Positions 29,506-39,751 are shown, numbered from the stretch's first letter. The stretch is 64,000 nt of DNA from Polyangiaceae bacterium (GCA_044376115.1 JBILLK010000009.1:64001-128000), one strand, 5' to 3'. Notes: generated from the letters alone by a model not told the origin. Translations and numbers: made by a program.

Positions 29506-31535
29506 TAGAAGGCCTCCCCAATGCGAAAGAATACGTGGAACGGCTCAGCCTCGAGGCCTTGCAAGTCCCCTTGGTGCAGGAGCCGATAAGAGACGTCTAC
29601 CGCTGCCGGTAAGTACCAAATCCGTAGCCTCGCTCCGACGCCAGCAGCCACACTAGGCCCAGCGTCGAACGGGTTGAGGTTCCCCGAAGCTCCGCCGAGA
29701 TCAGCGAAGACGATCGCGCCAATCTGTTTTTGAGGCGGCAAAAAGCGCACTTCCAGCGCACTCTCGAGCAAGCTTCGCCCGCCCACTTCGTAGCTCCCAC
29801 AGTAGGTGTCGATGCAGCGCGTGACCACCGGTGACAGGCGCTGACGACCGAAGCCACGAAAGCCGTAGTTTCCCCCGCCGAACAAGCGTGCCCCGAGCGG
29901 GATGCCGTCCCCCTCGGCGAGCAACGACCATTCGGCCGAACCGCGAACCGCGACCGAGAGCGCTCGCGTGAGCGGAATGAAGCCGCGCAGATCCGGCGCG
30001 ACGTTGACGAACGGGTGGTCTGCGGGGGCCGCGGCGCTCACCGGGTTGGCCCGCAGGAAGAGCGCCGCGAAGCCGCCCTTCATCGGCTCGATCGGATCAT
30101 CCCGGCGATCCAAAATGAAGGCAACGTCGAGCTCTGGGCTGACCGTCAGCTCGTTCTCCGGCAGCGCCAGCGCGCTTCGTTCTCCCGCGCTAAACGGTCC
30201 AAAGCTCTCGGAGAGTTCGACGAAGGCGAGGACGTCGACATCGAGGAAGATGCCCTTGTCGAAGGTGGTTCGCGCGCCCACGCCGGTGCTACCGCGATGA
30301 AGGAAGGCGCCGGGGAACAGCGTGCCTTGATATCGCAAGGTGGTGCGCAAATCGCCGAGTCGCCCGAGTACGCCGGGATGGACTGTGCGCAACGTGGCTT
30401 CTCCATACGGGCCGACACGCTCCTCGAGCGGTGAGCCGAAGAGCCAGCCGAAGCCTGCACGGCCTTCGAACACGAGGTGATGCGCCGGTCCGAACAGGTT
30501 TCGCAGCCAGAGCGTACCGGCGAGAAAGGTATCGGCGCGCGCCGGGTCGATCTCGAAGCCCGCGCGCAGCTTGATGGTCTGACTCGGACTCTCGACTACG
30601 TGCAGGGTGATGTTGATGGTACTCGGCAGCTTGCGAGGCACGAGGTTCCCTTCCGCGTCCACCTGCTCATCACGCAGCTCGCCGCCGCTGTCCGGCGCGG
30701 TGCCCGGGGCAATGAACTTGATGTCTGAGTCTACGCGCACGAACGCCGCAGCGTACGCGCCGGTATCCAGCAGATCGCGCACCACGCTCTCGCGCAGCTC
30801 TTCCGAGTAAGGCTCGCCTGAGACGAGGCCGCTGCGTGCGATCACGTCGGCTGCGGGGATCTTGTAGTTGCCTTGCACCACGATCGTCCCGATCACGGTC
30901 TTGGGCCCCGCGTCGACGAAGTAGTGGAGGTCGAGCTTGCGAGCCTGCTTGTCGAGGTACACGCGGTGGTACACATTGGCGTGCCCGTAGCCGCGCCTGC
31001 GCAAGTACTCCTGCATGTCGATGCGCGCTTTGCGCGACTCCTCGAGATCGACGTCGCTTCCACCGCTCTGGTGACGCAGAAAGCCGCTTAACGCCTCGGA
31101 CTCCTCCTCAGGGGCGAAGCGAACCACGACCTCGCCGAGCGAGTACCGGGTGTTCTCTTTGACGCGAAAGGTGACTGAGGCTTTGCCGTCTTCGGGATCG
31201 AAGGTGGTGTTCGCCGGTGAGACCTCAACGTCGAAATAGCCGCGCTGTTGCCAGTAGGCCTCGATGCGGCGTCGGTCTTCCGCCTCTTTGAACGGGCTCC
31301 AGGCGCGATCCGGATTGGTCAGGCTACCGGGCCGCTCGCCCAGGCGCTCGAACAGCTCGTCGTACGCAACGGCGAGCGGCGCACGTTCGTCGGCCGGCTC
31401 GATCGTCACCTTGCGTACGAGGATGTCCGTCTCACCCGGCACTTGCGGCGGTCGCTCTTTGCAGCCCGCAGTGAGGAGCATGAGCATCGCGATAACGAAG
31501 GCCCAGCTCACTCTTACTCCCATTCGGCCTTGCAT
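29505..31535 (-). CDS. BamA/TamA (Omp85) family outer-membrane protein with POTRA domains; start uncertain
   Basis: YWQQRGYFD, RGY, GG.YGFRGF, GGRSLLE..LE.R, terminal FRIGEAF; lipobox LTAGC. Confidence 0.88.
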   Translation of the reverse strand: MQGRMGVRVSWAFVIAMLMLLTAGCKERPPQVPGETDILVRKVTIEPADERAPLAVAYDELFERLGERPGSLTNPDRAWSPFKEAEDRRRIEAYWQQRGYFDVEVSPANTTFDPEDGKASVTFRVKENTRYSLGEVVVRFAPEEESEALSGFLRHQSGGSDVDLEESRKARIDMQEYLRRRGYGHANVYHRVYLDKQARKLDLHYFVDAGPKTVIGTIVVQGNYKIPAADVIARSGLVSGEPYSEELRESVVRDLLDTGAYAAAFVRVDSDIKFIAPGTAPDSGGELRDEQVDAEGNLVPRKLPSTINITLHVVESPSQTIKLRAGFEIDPARADTFLAGTLWLRNLFGPAHHLVFEGRAGFGWLFGSPLEERVGPYGEATLRTVHPGVLGRLGDLRTTLRYQGTLFPGAFLHRGSTGVGARTTFDKGIFLDVDVLAFVELSESFGPFSAGERSALALPENELTVSPELDVAFILDRRDDPIEPMKGGFAALFLRANPVSAAAPADHPFVNVAPDLRGFIPLTRALSVAVRGSAEWSLLAEGDGIPLGARLFGGGNYGFRGFGRQRLSPVVTRCIDTYCGSYEVGGRSLLESALEVRFLPPQKQIGAIVFADLGGASGNLNPFDAGPSVAAGVGARLRIWYLPAAVDVSYRLLHQGDLQGLEAEPFHVFFRIGEAF

Positions 31536-31608
31536 CGCGGCGCCAGCATACCAACCGCGCGATTTTGCCGTTAGGACTGAATCGAGCCGCGGGGGCCACG
31601 CAGCGCAG

Positions 31609-32448
31609 TCAAAGCGTGGATGCGGAGAAGGTGTCGCATTGATTCGCGAGCCCGCTATCGAAGCCACGCTTGAACCAACGCATGCGCATCGCGCTCGAGC
31701 CGTGGGTCCACTTCTCCGGCGCTACGCGGCCCGCCGAAGCCTTCTGCAATCTGTCATCACCGACAGCGGATGCGGCGCCCATCGCCTCTTCGATGTCACC
31801 GTCGTCCAGCAGTTTGCGGTCCTTCGTCGTCTTGGACCATACGCCGGCGTAGCAATCGGCTTGAAGCTCCATGCGGATCGAAAGCTGGTTTTTCTCTTCC
31901 TTCGATAGGCCTTTCTGTTTTTGCCTGACGCTTCGCTCGGTGCCGAGCTGGTTCTGGATGTGGTGGCCGATCTCGTGCGAGATCACGTAGGCCTGCGCAA
32001 AATCTCCCGGCGCGCCCAACTGGTCTTTGAGCGATTGATAGAAGGTGAGGTCGATGTAGACCTTGTCATCGCCAGGGCAGTAGAAGGGCCCCACCGCGCT
32101 ATCGGCTTCACCGCACGCGCTGTCGACGGCGTCGCTGAACACCACCATCGTGGCTTTGCGATAAGGCCGCTCGAACTGCTCCGGAAAGAGCTTGGCCCAG
32201 GTGGCTTGGTTGTCGTCGAGAACGTAGGAGACGAACTCGAGCGCCTTGTCATCCGCGGCGCCAGCTGCGCGTGGCTCTTGGCTCGCCCCGCCGCCTACCG
32301 AGCGCAGTAAATCTTTGCCGAGCACCGCGCTGAGCAACGCCAGGATGAGCGTTCCAGCGAGTCCCAGCTTGATGCCCATGCCGCGCGGCGCTGATTGCCC
32401 TCGCCGATCTTCGACATCGGAGCTGCGGTGTCCCGGTTCCCACTTCAT
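31609..32448 (-). CDS. YpfJ-like neutral zinc metallopeptidase
   Basis: SSDVEDRRG, GPFYCPGD, GDFAQAYVISHEIGHHIQ, ELQADC, THGSS. Confidence 0.93.
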   Translation of the reverse strand: MKWEPGHRSSDVEDRRGQSAPRGMGIKLGLAGTLILALLSAVLGKDLLRSVGGGASQEPRAAGAADDKALEFVSYVLDDNQATWAKLFPEQFERPYRKATMVVFSDAVDSACGEADSAVGPFYCPGDDKVYIDLTFYQSLKDQLGAPGDFAQAYVISHEIGHHIQNQLGTERSVRQKQKGLSKEEKNQLSIRMELQADCYAGVWSKTTKDRKLLDDGDIEEAMGAASAVGDDRLQKASAGRVAPEKWTHGSSAMRMRWFKRGFDSGLANQCDTFSASTL

Positions 32449-32559
32449 GCACGCGGCTTATGCACCGTCGCTGGAGGGAGCAACAAGAATGACTTGGCTC
32501 CCCTCGCGAATCGCTGTTCGCAGTGGTCGTTCGCTCGTCGCCGCTCGCGACCTGATTCG

Positions 32560-35007
32560 CTACAGGCGGCCTGCGCGACGACGCCGTGCCAGGAGCAACA
32601 GCCCGAGCGCCCAGGCAGCTGCAGACCCGCCTGATTGCGCTGGAGACGCGCTGCACAGCCCACCGGTCACCGTGGGGACACCCGTACCAGCCCAGGCGTC
32701 GATTCCCACGGCGAGGACCTGCGTCTCGCCGATCGGCTTACCGTCGTAGAGCACGCTAACTCTCAGGTTGTTTCCGCCTCCGCCGTTCGGTCCTGCAATG
32801 CTGAAGGTGTAGGTACCGTGGCTGATCTTGCGGGGAGCCTCGACCAACACGCCTCCGTCGAGGTCGATGCTCAGTGAGCTCGCCGAGAGGCCGGAGGCGA
32901 GCGTTCCGTCCTCCCGTCGAAGTTGAATGATGCCTCTGAGCGGCCACGTCTCGTCCGGTCGTGGATGCTCGCCGCTCAGGTACCAGAAGCTGTTGGTCAG
33001 ACTGGGCGCTTCCCCCGTGTCCGGCTCTTCCGCCAAGGCTTGCAAGGCGTTCTTGAGATCCAGCGCGCCGGCTCCAATCTGCGCCTGGTAACGCACCGGG
33101 GCGTTGGGCTTGCGAGCTGAGGCTTGAAGGATCTCGGTCGCTGCAGCCTGCGTCAGCTCGGGGCGCTGCTGAAGCAACAAGGCCACCGCTCCCGCAACCA
33201 CCGGCGCGCTCATCGAGGTTCCGCTTTGGATCGCGTACTCGTCGGTGAGCAAAAAACAAAAGTCGTCGGTCGGGCAACCGGGCGGATTGAAGATCGAATC
33301 GTCATTCACGTCGGGGCTTGCGTCCTCCCCCAACGCTGCCGCTACGAATGCGCCAGGCGCAGTGATCTCCGGCTTGGGCACCCCCAGCGGCGTCGGTCCG
33401 GCGCCGCTGAAGTAACACGGCATATCCGTCATCGGGTCTGAGCTCCCGCCGAATTCAGGGATCTCGATCAAGCCGACGTCGCGCGAGCCCCAGCGTAGCC
33501 GATTGACCGTGCAGCCAACGGCCAACACGTCGGGGTGGGTCGCAGGTTGATTGACGGTGCCCTCGACGGTCGCACGTCGGAAGTAGGCACCGCTCGTTTG
33601 AGTGCCTCGTGCAACGACCCACATCTGAGCATCGCCGCTGCCTTCGAGCAGCAGTCGGAATTGGCCGTCCTTCTCCCAATCACCACTGATCGCCACCACT
33701 GCGCTGTTGGTGTCGGGATTGATCGACGAGTTCTCGTTCACGAGGTTGTTGACGATCGCTGCCGAGATGTCGTCGGTGTTGTAGCCAGACTCGTCGCCGG
33801 GCCCCACGAGCCCGATCCAACCTTCACCGCCTGGGCCCTCCAGCCCGACTGAAACCTCGTCCCCCGGGCGGAAGGTGATCCAAATATAGAGGTCCCCGCC
33901 GTCCGCTCCGGGCACCAAAATCGGAACCTCGGCGGGGGCGTGCGGCTCTACATGGATCTCGGTGTGCGAGCCGAGGCGATCATCATCCGTCTCCTCTTCG
34001 CTCAATTTGTACAGCCCACCGCTGTTGCCGGAGGCAGCGACGATCACTCTGCCGGGCTGGTTCTGCGCGACGAATGCCGCGGTTCCCCGCTCGAGCAGGC
34101 TCGTCCCGTCGTGAGGCCCGTACTCCCCACCGAGGCTCAAATTGGCGACAGCGGGCATGCCCATCGCCTCCGCTCGTTCGAAGATGAAGTCACAGCCGCG
34201 AATGATTTCGCCGTCCCCGAAGCCGCCATTTTCACTCGGCGCCGCGATCACCAAAGTGGCCTCTGGCGCTATTCCGGAGAGCGCCGTGAAGGTACCGAAC
34301 ACTGGGCCTTGGCCATTGCCAGCGGCGATCGACGCGACGTGGGTGCCGTGGCCCACGGGGTCACGCAGATCGTTGGTGAGCGAGTCCTCTTTCAGAAACT
34401 CGTTGATCTCGTCGGCGGAGTACACGGCACACCGCGCCTGATTCTCCGAGGTGCAACCAAAGCGCTCTTCGAGCTCAGGGTGAAACCCGCGCGGTGGTCC
34501 CCAGGTCAGCAGCCACGCGATCCGCGTCGAGCCGTCCACGTTGCGGAAAGTCGGATGGCGGATATCGATCCCGGTGTCGACCACGCCCACGACCACACCG
34601 GCCCCAGTGCCTGCGCCTTCGGTGGCGGCGACGAACTCATCGAGGCGAAGGTGGGCGGCTACTTCGTTGAGCAGCGGCAGGTTGGTCGGGCCCGTCGCAA
34701 AGCTCAGGTCCTTGTGGCGGTTGACGAAGTCGAAGTAGTCCGCCGGTTGGTAGCGGCCGCTCGCGATGCCCGGGGCGACCTCAAGCAGGCCGAGCTCGGC
34801 CGCCGAAGTGCCCTTCGGCAAAGCGACGAGGAAGGGGATGCGCCCCTGCTCGTCAGCGAGCGGGTGCTTTCTCCCGCTCGCTGGGTGCGGCGTCATCAGC
34901 TCGACCAAGCGCGCGCTTGGTGGTTGGGCGTTCACCGCCGAGAAGGGGAAGCCGAAGCAGCCCAGTCCAATCGCCAACCAAGAAAGGGCACGCGCGCTCT
35001 TCAACAC
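32560..35007 (-). CDS. S8 subtilisin-like protease with inserted domain and MYXO-CTERM-like sorting tail
   Basis: Triad VVDTGID, GHGTHVAS, SGTSMSAP; tail GGLCSASPA...WALGLLLLARRRR. Confidence 0.9.
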   Translation of the reverse strand: MLKSARALSWLAIGLGCFGFPFSAVNAQPPSARLVELMTPHPASGRKHPLADEQGRIPFLVALPKGTSAAELGLLEVAPGIASGRYQPADYFDFVNRHKDLSFATGPTNLPLLNEVAAHLRLDEFVAATEGAGTGAGVVVGVVDTGIDIRHPTFRNVDGSTRIAWLLTWGPPRGFHPELEERFGCTSENQARCAVYSADEINEFLKEDSLTNDLRDPVGHGTHVASIAAGNGQGPVFGTFTALSGIAPEATLVIAAPSENGGFGDGEIIRGCDFIFERAEAMGMPAVANLSLGGEYGPHDGTSLLERGTAAFVAQNQPGRVIVAASGNSGGLYKLSEEETDDDRLGSHTEIHVEPHAPAEVPILVPGADGGDLYIWITFRPGDEVSVGLEGPGGEGWIGLVGPGDESGYNTDDISAAIVNNLVNENSSINPDTNSAVVAISGDWEKDGQFRLLLEGSGDAQMWVVARGTQTSGAYFRRATVEGTVNQPATHPDVLAVGCTVNRLRWGSRDVGLIEIPEFGGSSDPMTDMPCYFSGAGPTPLGVPKPEITAPGAFVAAALGEDASPDVNDDSIFNPPGCPTDDFCFLLTDEYAIQSGTSMSAPVVAGAVALLLQQRPELTQAAATEILQASARKPNAPVRYQAQIGAGALDLKNALQALAEEPDTGEAPSLTNSFWYLSGEHPRPDETWPLRGIIQLRREDGTLASGLSASSLSIDLDGGVLVEAPRKISHGTYTFSIAGPNGGGGNNLRVSVLYDGKPIGETQVLAVGIDAWAGTGVPTVTGGLCSASPAQSGGSAAAWALGLLLLARRRRAGRL

Positions 35008-35025
35008 GCGCTCAGGATAGGACGT

Positions 35026-36546
35026 TCAGACCGGTGGAACCATGTGCTTCTTTGCTGGTCGCGCGTCGCGCTTGTTGGCGACCATCGCGAAGCGCCGCAC
35101 GATTTCGCTACGCAGGCGTTCGGGCTGAACGATGTCGTCGATGATCAGCTCGCTGGCGAGCCGCACCAGATCGATGTCTTTGCGATACTCCGCCCGCAGA
35201 TTCTCAACCAACGCGTCTCGCTCAGGCCCCTCGGGGACCGCCTGAATCTTGTTGAAGTAGACGGCGTTCACGGCCGCGCTCGGACCCATCACGGCGATCG
35301 ACGCGGAGGGCAACGCGATACAGGCGTCTGGCTCGAAGGCAGGCCCGCACATCGCGTACAGGCCAGCGCCGTAGGCCTTGCGTACGACCACAGAGAGCTT
35401 CGGCACCGTGGCCTCACTCACCGCCGCGATCATCTTCGCTCCAGCGCGGATGATGCCTTGCTTCTCGACCACGGTTCCGATCATGAAGCCCGGCACGTCA
35501 GCCAGGTACAGCAGCGGGATATTGAAGGCGTCGCACAGCCAGATGAAGCGCGCGGCTTTGTCGGCGGAATCAACGAACAGTACGCCACCCTTGTGTTTGG
35601 GCTGGTTGGCGACGATGCCGACGACGTTGCCGTCGATGCGTGCGAGCCCCGTGACGATCTCTTTCGCGAAGCGCTTCTTGATTTCGAGGAAGGAGCCCTC
35701 GTCGACCACCGAGTCGATCACGCCCATGATGTCGAACGGCTTGTTCTCATCGACCGGGATCAGGCTGGCGAGCTTCTCGGCTGGGTGTTTGGTTGCTCGC
35801 GACTCGGCTTTGGGCGCCTTATGATCGCAGTTGGTGGGCATCAGCGCGAGGTAGCTCTTGGCCCAGGCGATCGCCTCTTGCTCCGAGTTGACGAGCACGT
35901 CCCCGCAGCCCGACTCCGAGCAGTGCATACGCGCGCCGCCTAGCTCCTCGAGCGTGACCTTTTCACCGATCACCATCTCCGCCATGCGCGGCGAGCCGAG
36001 GTACATGCTCGCGTTGCCGTCGACCATCACCACCACGTCGCAGAAAGCTGGGATGTACGCGCCGCCGGCCGCAGACGGTCCAAACAGCAAGCAAAGTTGC
36101 GGAACCACCCCGCTCATCTGCACTTCGTTGAAGAAGATCCTCCCTGCGCCACGGCGGCCCGGGAACATGTCGATCTGATCGGTGATTCGGGCTCCAGCCG
36201 AGTCGACCAGGTACAACATGGGCACGCGATTGGCGAGGCTCACCTCCTGAATCCGCAGGATCTTCTCGACCGTCCGCGCGCCCCAGGAACCAGCCTTCAC
36301 GGTGCTGTCATTGGCCATGATCGCCACTGGCCGGCCAGCCACAGTGGCCATCCCGGTGACCACACCGTCTGCGGGCAGCTCAGGGTCGACCGCGTTGGCG
36401 AACAGCCCGTCCTCGACGAAGGAGCCTTCATCCACCAAGAGCGCGATGCGCTCGCGCGCGAAGAGCTTCTTCTGCTCGGCGTTCTTCTCGTGATATTTGC
36501 GGGCTCCGCCCGATTCGATCTGGCTCTTCAGCGCGTCTGTCGACAT
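35026..36546 (-). CDS. Acyl-CoA carboxylase carboxyltransferase (beta) subunit
   Basis: ARERI, ADGVVTG, DSAGARI, AGGAY, EELGGA..H, DVPGFMIG, RKAYGAG. Confidence 0.92.
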   Translation of the reverse strand: MSTDALKSQIESGGARKYHEKNAEQKKLFARERIALLVDEGSFVEDGLFANAVDPELPADGVVTGMATVAGRPVAIMANDSTVKAGSWGARTVEKILRIQEVSLANRVPMLYLVDSAGARITDQIDMFPGRRGAGRIFFNEVQMSGVVPQLCLLFGPSAAGGAYIPAFCDVVVMVDGNASMYLGSPRMAEMVIGEKVTLEELGGARMHCSESGCGDVLVNSEQEAIAWAKSYLALMPTNCDHKAPKAESRATKHPAEKLASLIPVDENKPFDIMGVIDSVVDEGSFLEIKKRFAKEIVTGLARIDGNVVGIVANQPKHKGGVLFVDSADKAARFIWLCDAFNIPLLYLADVPGFMIGTVVEKQGIIRAGAKMIAAVSEATVPKLSVVVRKAYGAGLYAMCGPAFEPDACIALPSASIAVMGPSAAVNAVYFNKIQAVPEGPERDALVENLRAEYRKDIDLVRLASELIIDDIVQPERLRSEIVRRFAMVANKRDARPAKKHMVPPV

Positions 36547-36618
36547 GCGAGGTTGCTAGCCGCTCCGCGCCGAGCATTCAACCGAAGGTTGAGGCTAGGT
36601 CCGCCTTCGGCGGAACCC

Positions 36619-36927
36619 TCAGCCCAGCCGCATCGCTTCTTCGCTCAGCATGGCGGACACGACCGCGAGACGGACCCCTTCGGGGACGACCACCAGGCCG
36701 GTGTCGAGGTCGCGGGCGAGAGCATCGAACTCGGAGCGGCCGAACTCGTAGACGTCACGGGGGACCACGATGGCATAGGGCCGTGATTCTGCGGCGACCG
36801 TGGTCACCGAGGATAGGTCGCAGGCGATCACGAGCCCCCCGGAGGCCTCCAAGACGGCGTGTTTCACCGTGATCGACAAGCCGGGGCTGGCTGCGACGAG
36901 CACCACGGCATTGGCCAGAGTGGTCAT
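36619..36927 (-). CDS. Hypothetical small alpha/beta protein (receiver-like fragment possible)
   Basis: Co-oriented ORF filling the gap between the VWA and carboxylase genes. Confidence 0.5.
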   Translation of the reverse strand: MTTLANAVVLVAASPGLSITVKHAVLEASGGLVIACDLSSVTTVAAESRPYAIVVPRDVYEFGRSEFDALARDLDTGLVVVPEGVRLAVVSAMLSEEAMRLG

Positions 36928-37021
36928 CCGCGTTGAACGCGAGGAGTCATTCACGCTCGCGCACGTTAGCAAATCGCAGCCATCAAGTCGCGAACAGAAG
37001 CCGCAACATCAACGAGATAGC

Positions 37022-38401
37022 TCAGGCGCTCGCTCGAACCAGCGTACGCGCGGCTGCCTCCAGCTCGCTCGGTGATCTCGCCAAGAGCACCGTTGCGTGC
37101 CGAGCGTAAACATTCATCCGGCTGTCGGCCTGCCCCCATTGCGACGGCTCCTCGGGACATAGCCAAAAAACGGCTCGGGCCTTGCGCTTCAACTCAAGCA
37201 AGTCGGTGAGCCCGTCTGCGGCGAAGTTGGTGCGACCATCCCCAAGCACCACCAAGGTGGTTCGCCGGTCCACGGTTTCCCCCACGTGGCGTAAAAGGTC
37301 TGCGAACGCACGGCCGTAGTTGGAGGTCGCCGAAAGCGAGATCAACGTGCCGCTCTGGATCGTGGACAGCGCTTGGTCGGCTCCGTTCTCGCGCAGCAAG
37401 CTGGTGACCTCACAAACCTGCGAGACGAAGATGAAGGTCCGCACGCGGCGCAGTAGCTGCTGGGCTGCGGCGATGAACTCCAACAGGAACGCCGACACCG
37501 TGCGAACCGAATCCGACAGGTCGCACAGCACGATCGCCTTGGCGCGATCACGACGAGGACGTTTGCGGACGAGCTTCATCGGGACGCCGCCGGTTCGAAG
37601 CGCAGCGCGCAGCGTGCCTCGCAGCTCGATGCGACCGCGGCGAGAACGTTTCTCGCGGACGCGCGCTTGCCCCTCGAGCTTCTCCGCGAGCGCCCGGACA
37701 GCCTGTTGGGTGCGTTGGCGTTGTTCATGGGTGTCGCCAAACCCAACGGCGTCCGCCGCTTGCGCGCCCTTGACCAACTCTTGCTCCAGCGTGGCTCGAA
37801 CGCGGCGTTTCATCGCAGCGAGCTCCTGCTCGAGAGCGCTCGCAAGCTCGAGCGAGCGAGCTTCTCCGAAGGCGTCGGCGAAGAGCGCTTGAAGTCGCGC
37901 AAAGACAGCCTGCGCGCTGCGAGCCGAAAGGGCGGTCATGGTCTTCTCGGTGAAGTACCCGGCGGTGTTCTTGCCCTTCATCTCGCGGCGCACCGAGCGC
38001 ATGCGGCTGGTCGTGAGCAGCCACCAGAGCTCGCTGCTCGAGCCCGCCAAGGCTTGCACCATCAGTCCGTCTCCCGCGCTGCCCGTGCGGTTTGCTGCGG
38101 CCTGCAGGAAATCCCGCACGACCGAGAGCTCAGCGTCGGCGAAGCCGCGCACGCGCAGACGTTGCCAAAAATCTGCGGCGTGGGGACTCTGCAGCGAGAA
38201 GAAGCGGTCGAAGGAAGCGTTGAATACGCTGCGGTCTGCTTGCCTCTCGACGAGCACCGCTGCCAGCGCGCTTCGCAACTGTGTAGGCTCATCGAACCCG
38301 ACCAGTTGGATCGCTCGCACGGCTTGCAATGCTTGATCGGTCGAAATAGCGAAGCCGTCCCGGCGCAGGGACCAAAGCAGCTCGCTGACGAGGAGCAACA
38401 T
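37022..38401 (-). CDS. CoxE-like VWA domain protein
   Basis: LRRDGF.IS, F...FD.FF, MIDAS CDLSDSV, SNYG.AF, LGDGRTN, WLCPE...W...DS.M. Confidence 0.85.
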   Translation of the reverse strand: MLLLVSELLWSLRRDGFAISTDQALQAVRAIQLVGFDEPTQLRSALAAVLVERQADRSVFNASFDRFFSLQSPHAADFWQRLRVRGFADAELSVVRDFLQAAANRTGSAGDGLMVQALAGSSSELWWLLTTSRMRSVRREMKGKNTAGYFTEKTMTALSARSAQAVFARLQALFADAFGEARSLELASALEQELAAMKRRVRATLEQELVKGAQAADAVGFGDTHEQRQRTQQAVRALAEKLEGQARVREKRSRRGRIELRGTLRAALRTGGVPMKLVRKRPRRDRAKAIVLCDLSDSVRTVSAFLLEFIAAAQQLLRRVRTFIFVSQVCEVTSLLRENGADQALSTIQSGTLISLSATSNYGRAFADLLRHVGETVDRRTTLVVLGDGRTNFAADGLTDLLELKRKARAVFWLCPEEPSQWGQADSRMNVYARHATVLLARSPSELEAAARTLVRASA

Positions 38402-38406
38402 CGCGG

Positions 38407-39252
38407 CTAACTGGCTTCGGCCAGCAGCTTCTTCAGCAACGGCTCGAAGGAGGCTTTGCTGCTCTCACCGATCTGAACGCCGCGGATCACGCCCTTGCGG
38501 TCGATCAGGAAGAAGGTCGGTAGTGCGGAAACGAAGTAGTCCTTGATCGTGTCGACGCTGGTCGTCGCGCCGATGGCGTACTTGATCTTCTGTTTGCGCG
38601 CAGCGGCCAAAGCGTCCTCCGTCGTGTCATCGGTGAGCCCCACTACACGCAGCCCCTGCGCGCCGAACTCGTCGGAGAGCGTGTTCAAGACCGGGGCCAT
38701 CGCTCGACACGCCGAGCACCATGAGGCCCAGAAATCGAGCAGCACGACCTTGCCGCGCAGTTGCTTGATGTCGGAGAACTCGCCTTGCGCGGCGGTGACG
38801 CCTTTCCACGAAGCAGCGAAGGTCCCTACCTTGTCGCGACGCAGCACCTCAAGTTGCCCCGGGTGCGCCTCGACCTCGACCTTCACCACGACGCTCTGCT
38901 CAGCCCGCAGCACGTCCAGCGTGAGCGTGTTGCCAGGGCCGGCCTTTTGCGTCGCCGAGATCAGCGCACGAGGATTGGCCACGGCTTCCCCGTTGGCTCG
39001 GAGCACGAGGTCCCCCGCCTTCATCTGAACTTTGTCGGCGGGGGAGCCGCGCAGCACGCGCTTCACCAGCACGCCTTTGTCTGCGACGGCGAGCTCGAGA
39101 CCGAGCCAGCCCCGAGCCGATTCTGCGAGCGCTGGGGTCTCCATCGCGAGCGCCCCAAGCGCGAGCAACCCGAGCGAAGTGCGACGGGAAATCAACGGAG
39201 CTGCACCTGCCTTCGGCGGGAGGCCTGAGTTCACAGGCACGATGCGCGACAT
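38407..39252 (-). CDS. PDZ plus TlpA-type thioredoxin fusion
   Basis: GWLG...SPA....GD PDZ motifs; LRGKVVLLDFWASWCSAC, ALPTFFLIDRKG; SRRTSL Tat-like signal. Confidence 0.85.
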   Translation of the reverse strand: MSRIVPVNSGLPPKAGAAPLISRRTSLGLLALGALAMETPALAESARGWLGLELAVADKGVLVKRVLRGSPADKVQMKAGDLVLRANGEAVANPRALISATQKAGPGNTLTLDVLRAEQSVVVKVEVEAHPGQLEVLRRDKVGTFAASWKGVTAAQGEFSDIKQLRGKVVLLDFWASWCSACRAMAPVLNTLSDEFGAQGLRVVGLTDDTTEDALAAARKQKIKYAIGATTSVDTIKDYFVSALPTFFLIDRKGVIRGVQIGESSKASFEPLLKKLLAEAS

Positions 39253-39271
39253 TGGACTACTGTACCGCCTG

Positions 39272-39751
39272 ATGCAGCCGGTCGCACGCGGAGCCATACT
39301 TCTTTTGGTTTTCACAGGCTGCCAGGAGGCTCCGCGCGGCCGAGCTCCAGCCGCGCCCGAGCCGTCCTCGAGCGTGAGTTCCGCTGAACCGAGTCAGCTC
39401 CTGTCGCTGCCGCCGCTACGCCGGGTGGGTCGAGGTCTTTCGAGCCACCCAGTGGGGCGGTTCGACGGGCTGCTGTCTGTGTCGGAGGGGTTCGCCTACG
39501 GTGCGCCCGAACGAAGTGTGCCAGCCGCGGGCACGACGCTCGTGGTCACGTTGGTGCCGGTCGGAGCAGACGGGCAAGGTCTCCAATACGTGATGAAGCG
39601 CGAGGCCCCCGGGTACTTCCCTGAAGGCGGTGACTGGCGATTTGGCGTGATTGGCGTCGATGGCGCCGTTCAAGCCGAAGGCAAACTCGCTTTGTGCGCG
39701 CGTTGTCACGCAGAGGCTCCTCGTGACCACCTGTTTGAGCGACTACGCTGA
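39272..39751 (+). CDS. Cytochrome P460/c'-beta-like monoheme lipoprotein
   Basis: Lipobox FTGC; VMKR..GY.P.GGDWRF, C-terminal CARCH..A..D.LF. Confidence 0.7.
   Translation: MQPVARGAILLLVFTGCQEAPRGRAPAAPEPSSSVSSAEPSQLLSLPPLRRVGRGLSSHPVGRFDGLLSVSEGFAYGAPERSVPAAGTTLVVTLVPVGADGQGLQYVMKREAPGYFPEGGDWRFGVIGVDGAVQAEGKLALCARCHAEAPRDHLFERLR

Noticed and set aside
33940..35943. 667-aa plus-strand ORF
   Set aside because: Antisense shadow of the subtilase and carboxylase genes, common in high-GC DNA; no motifs.
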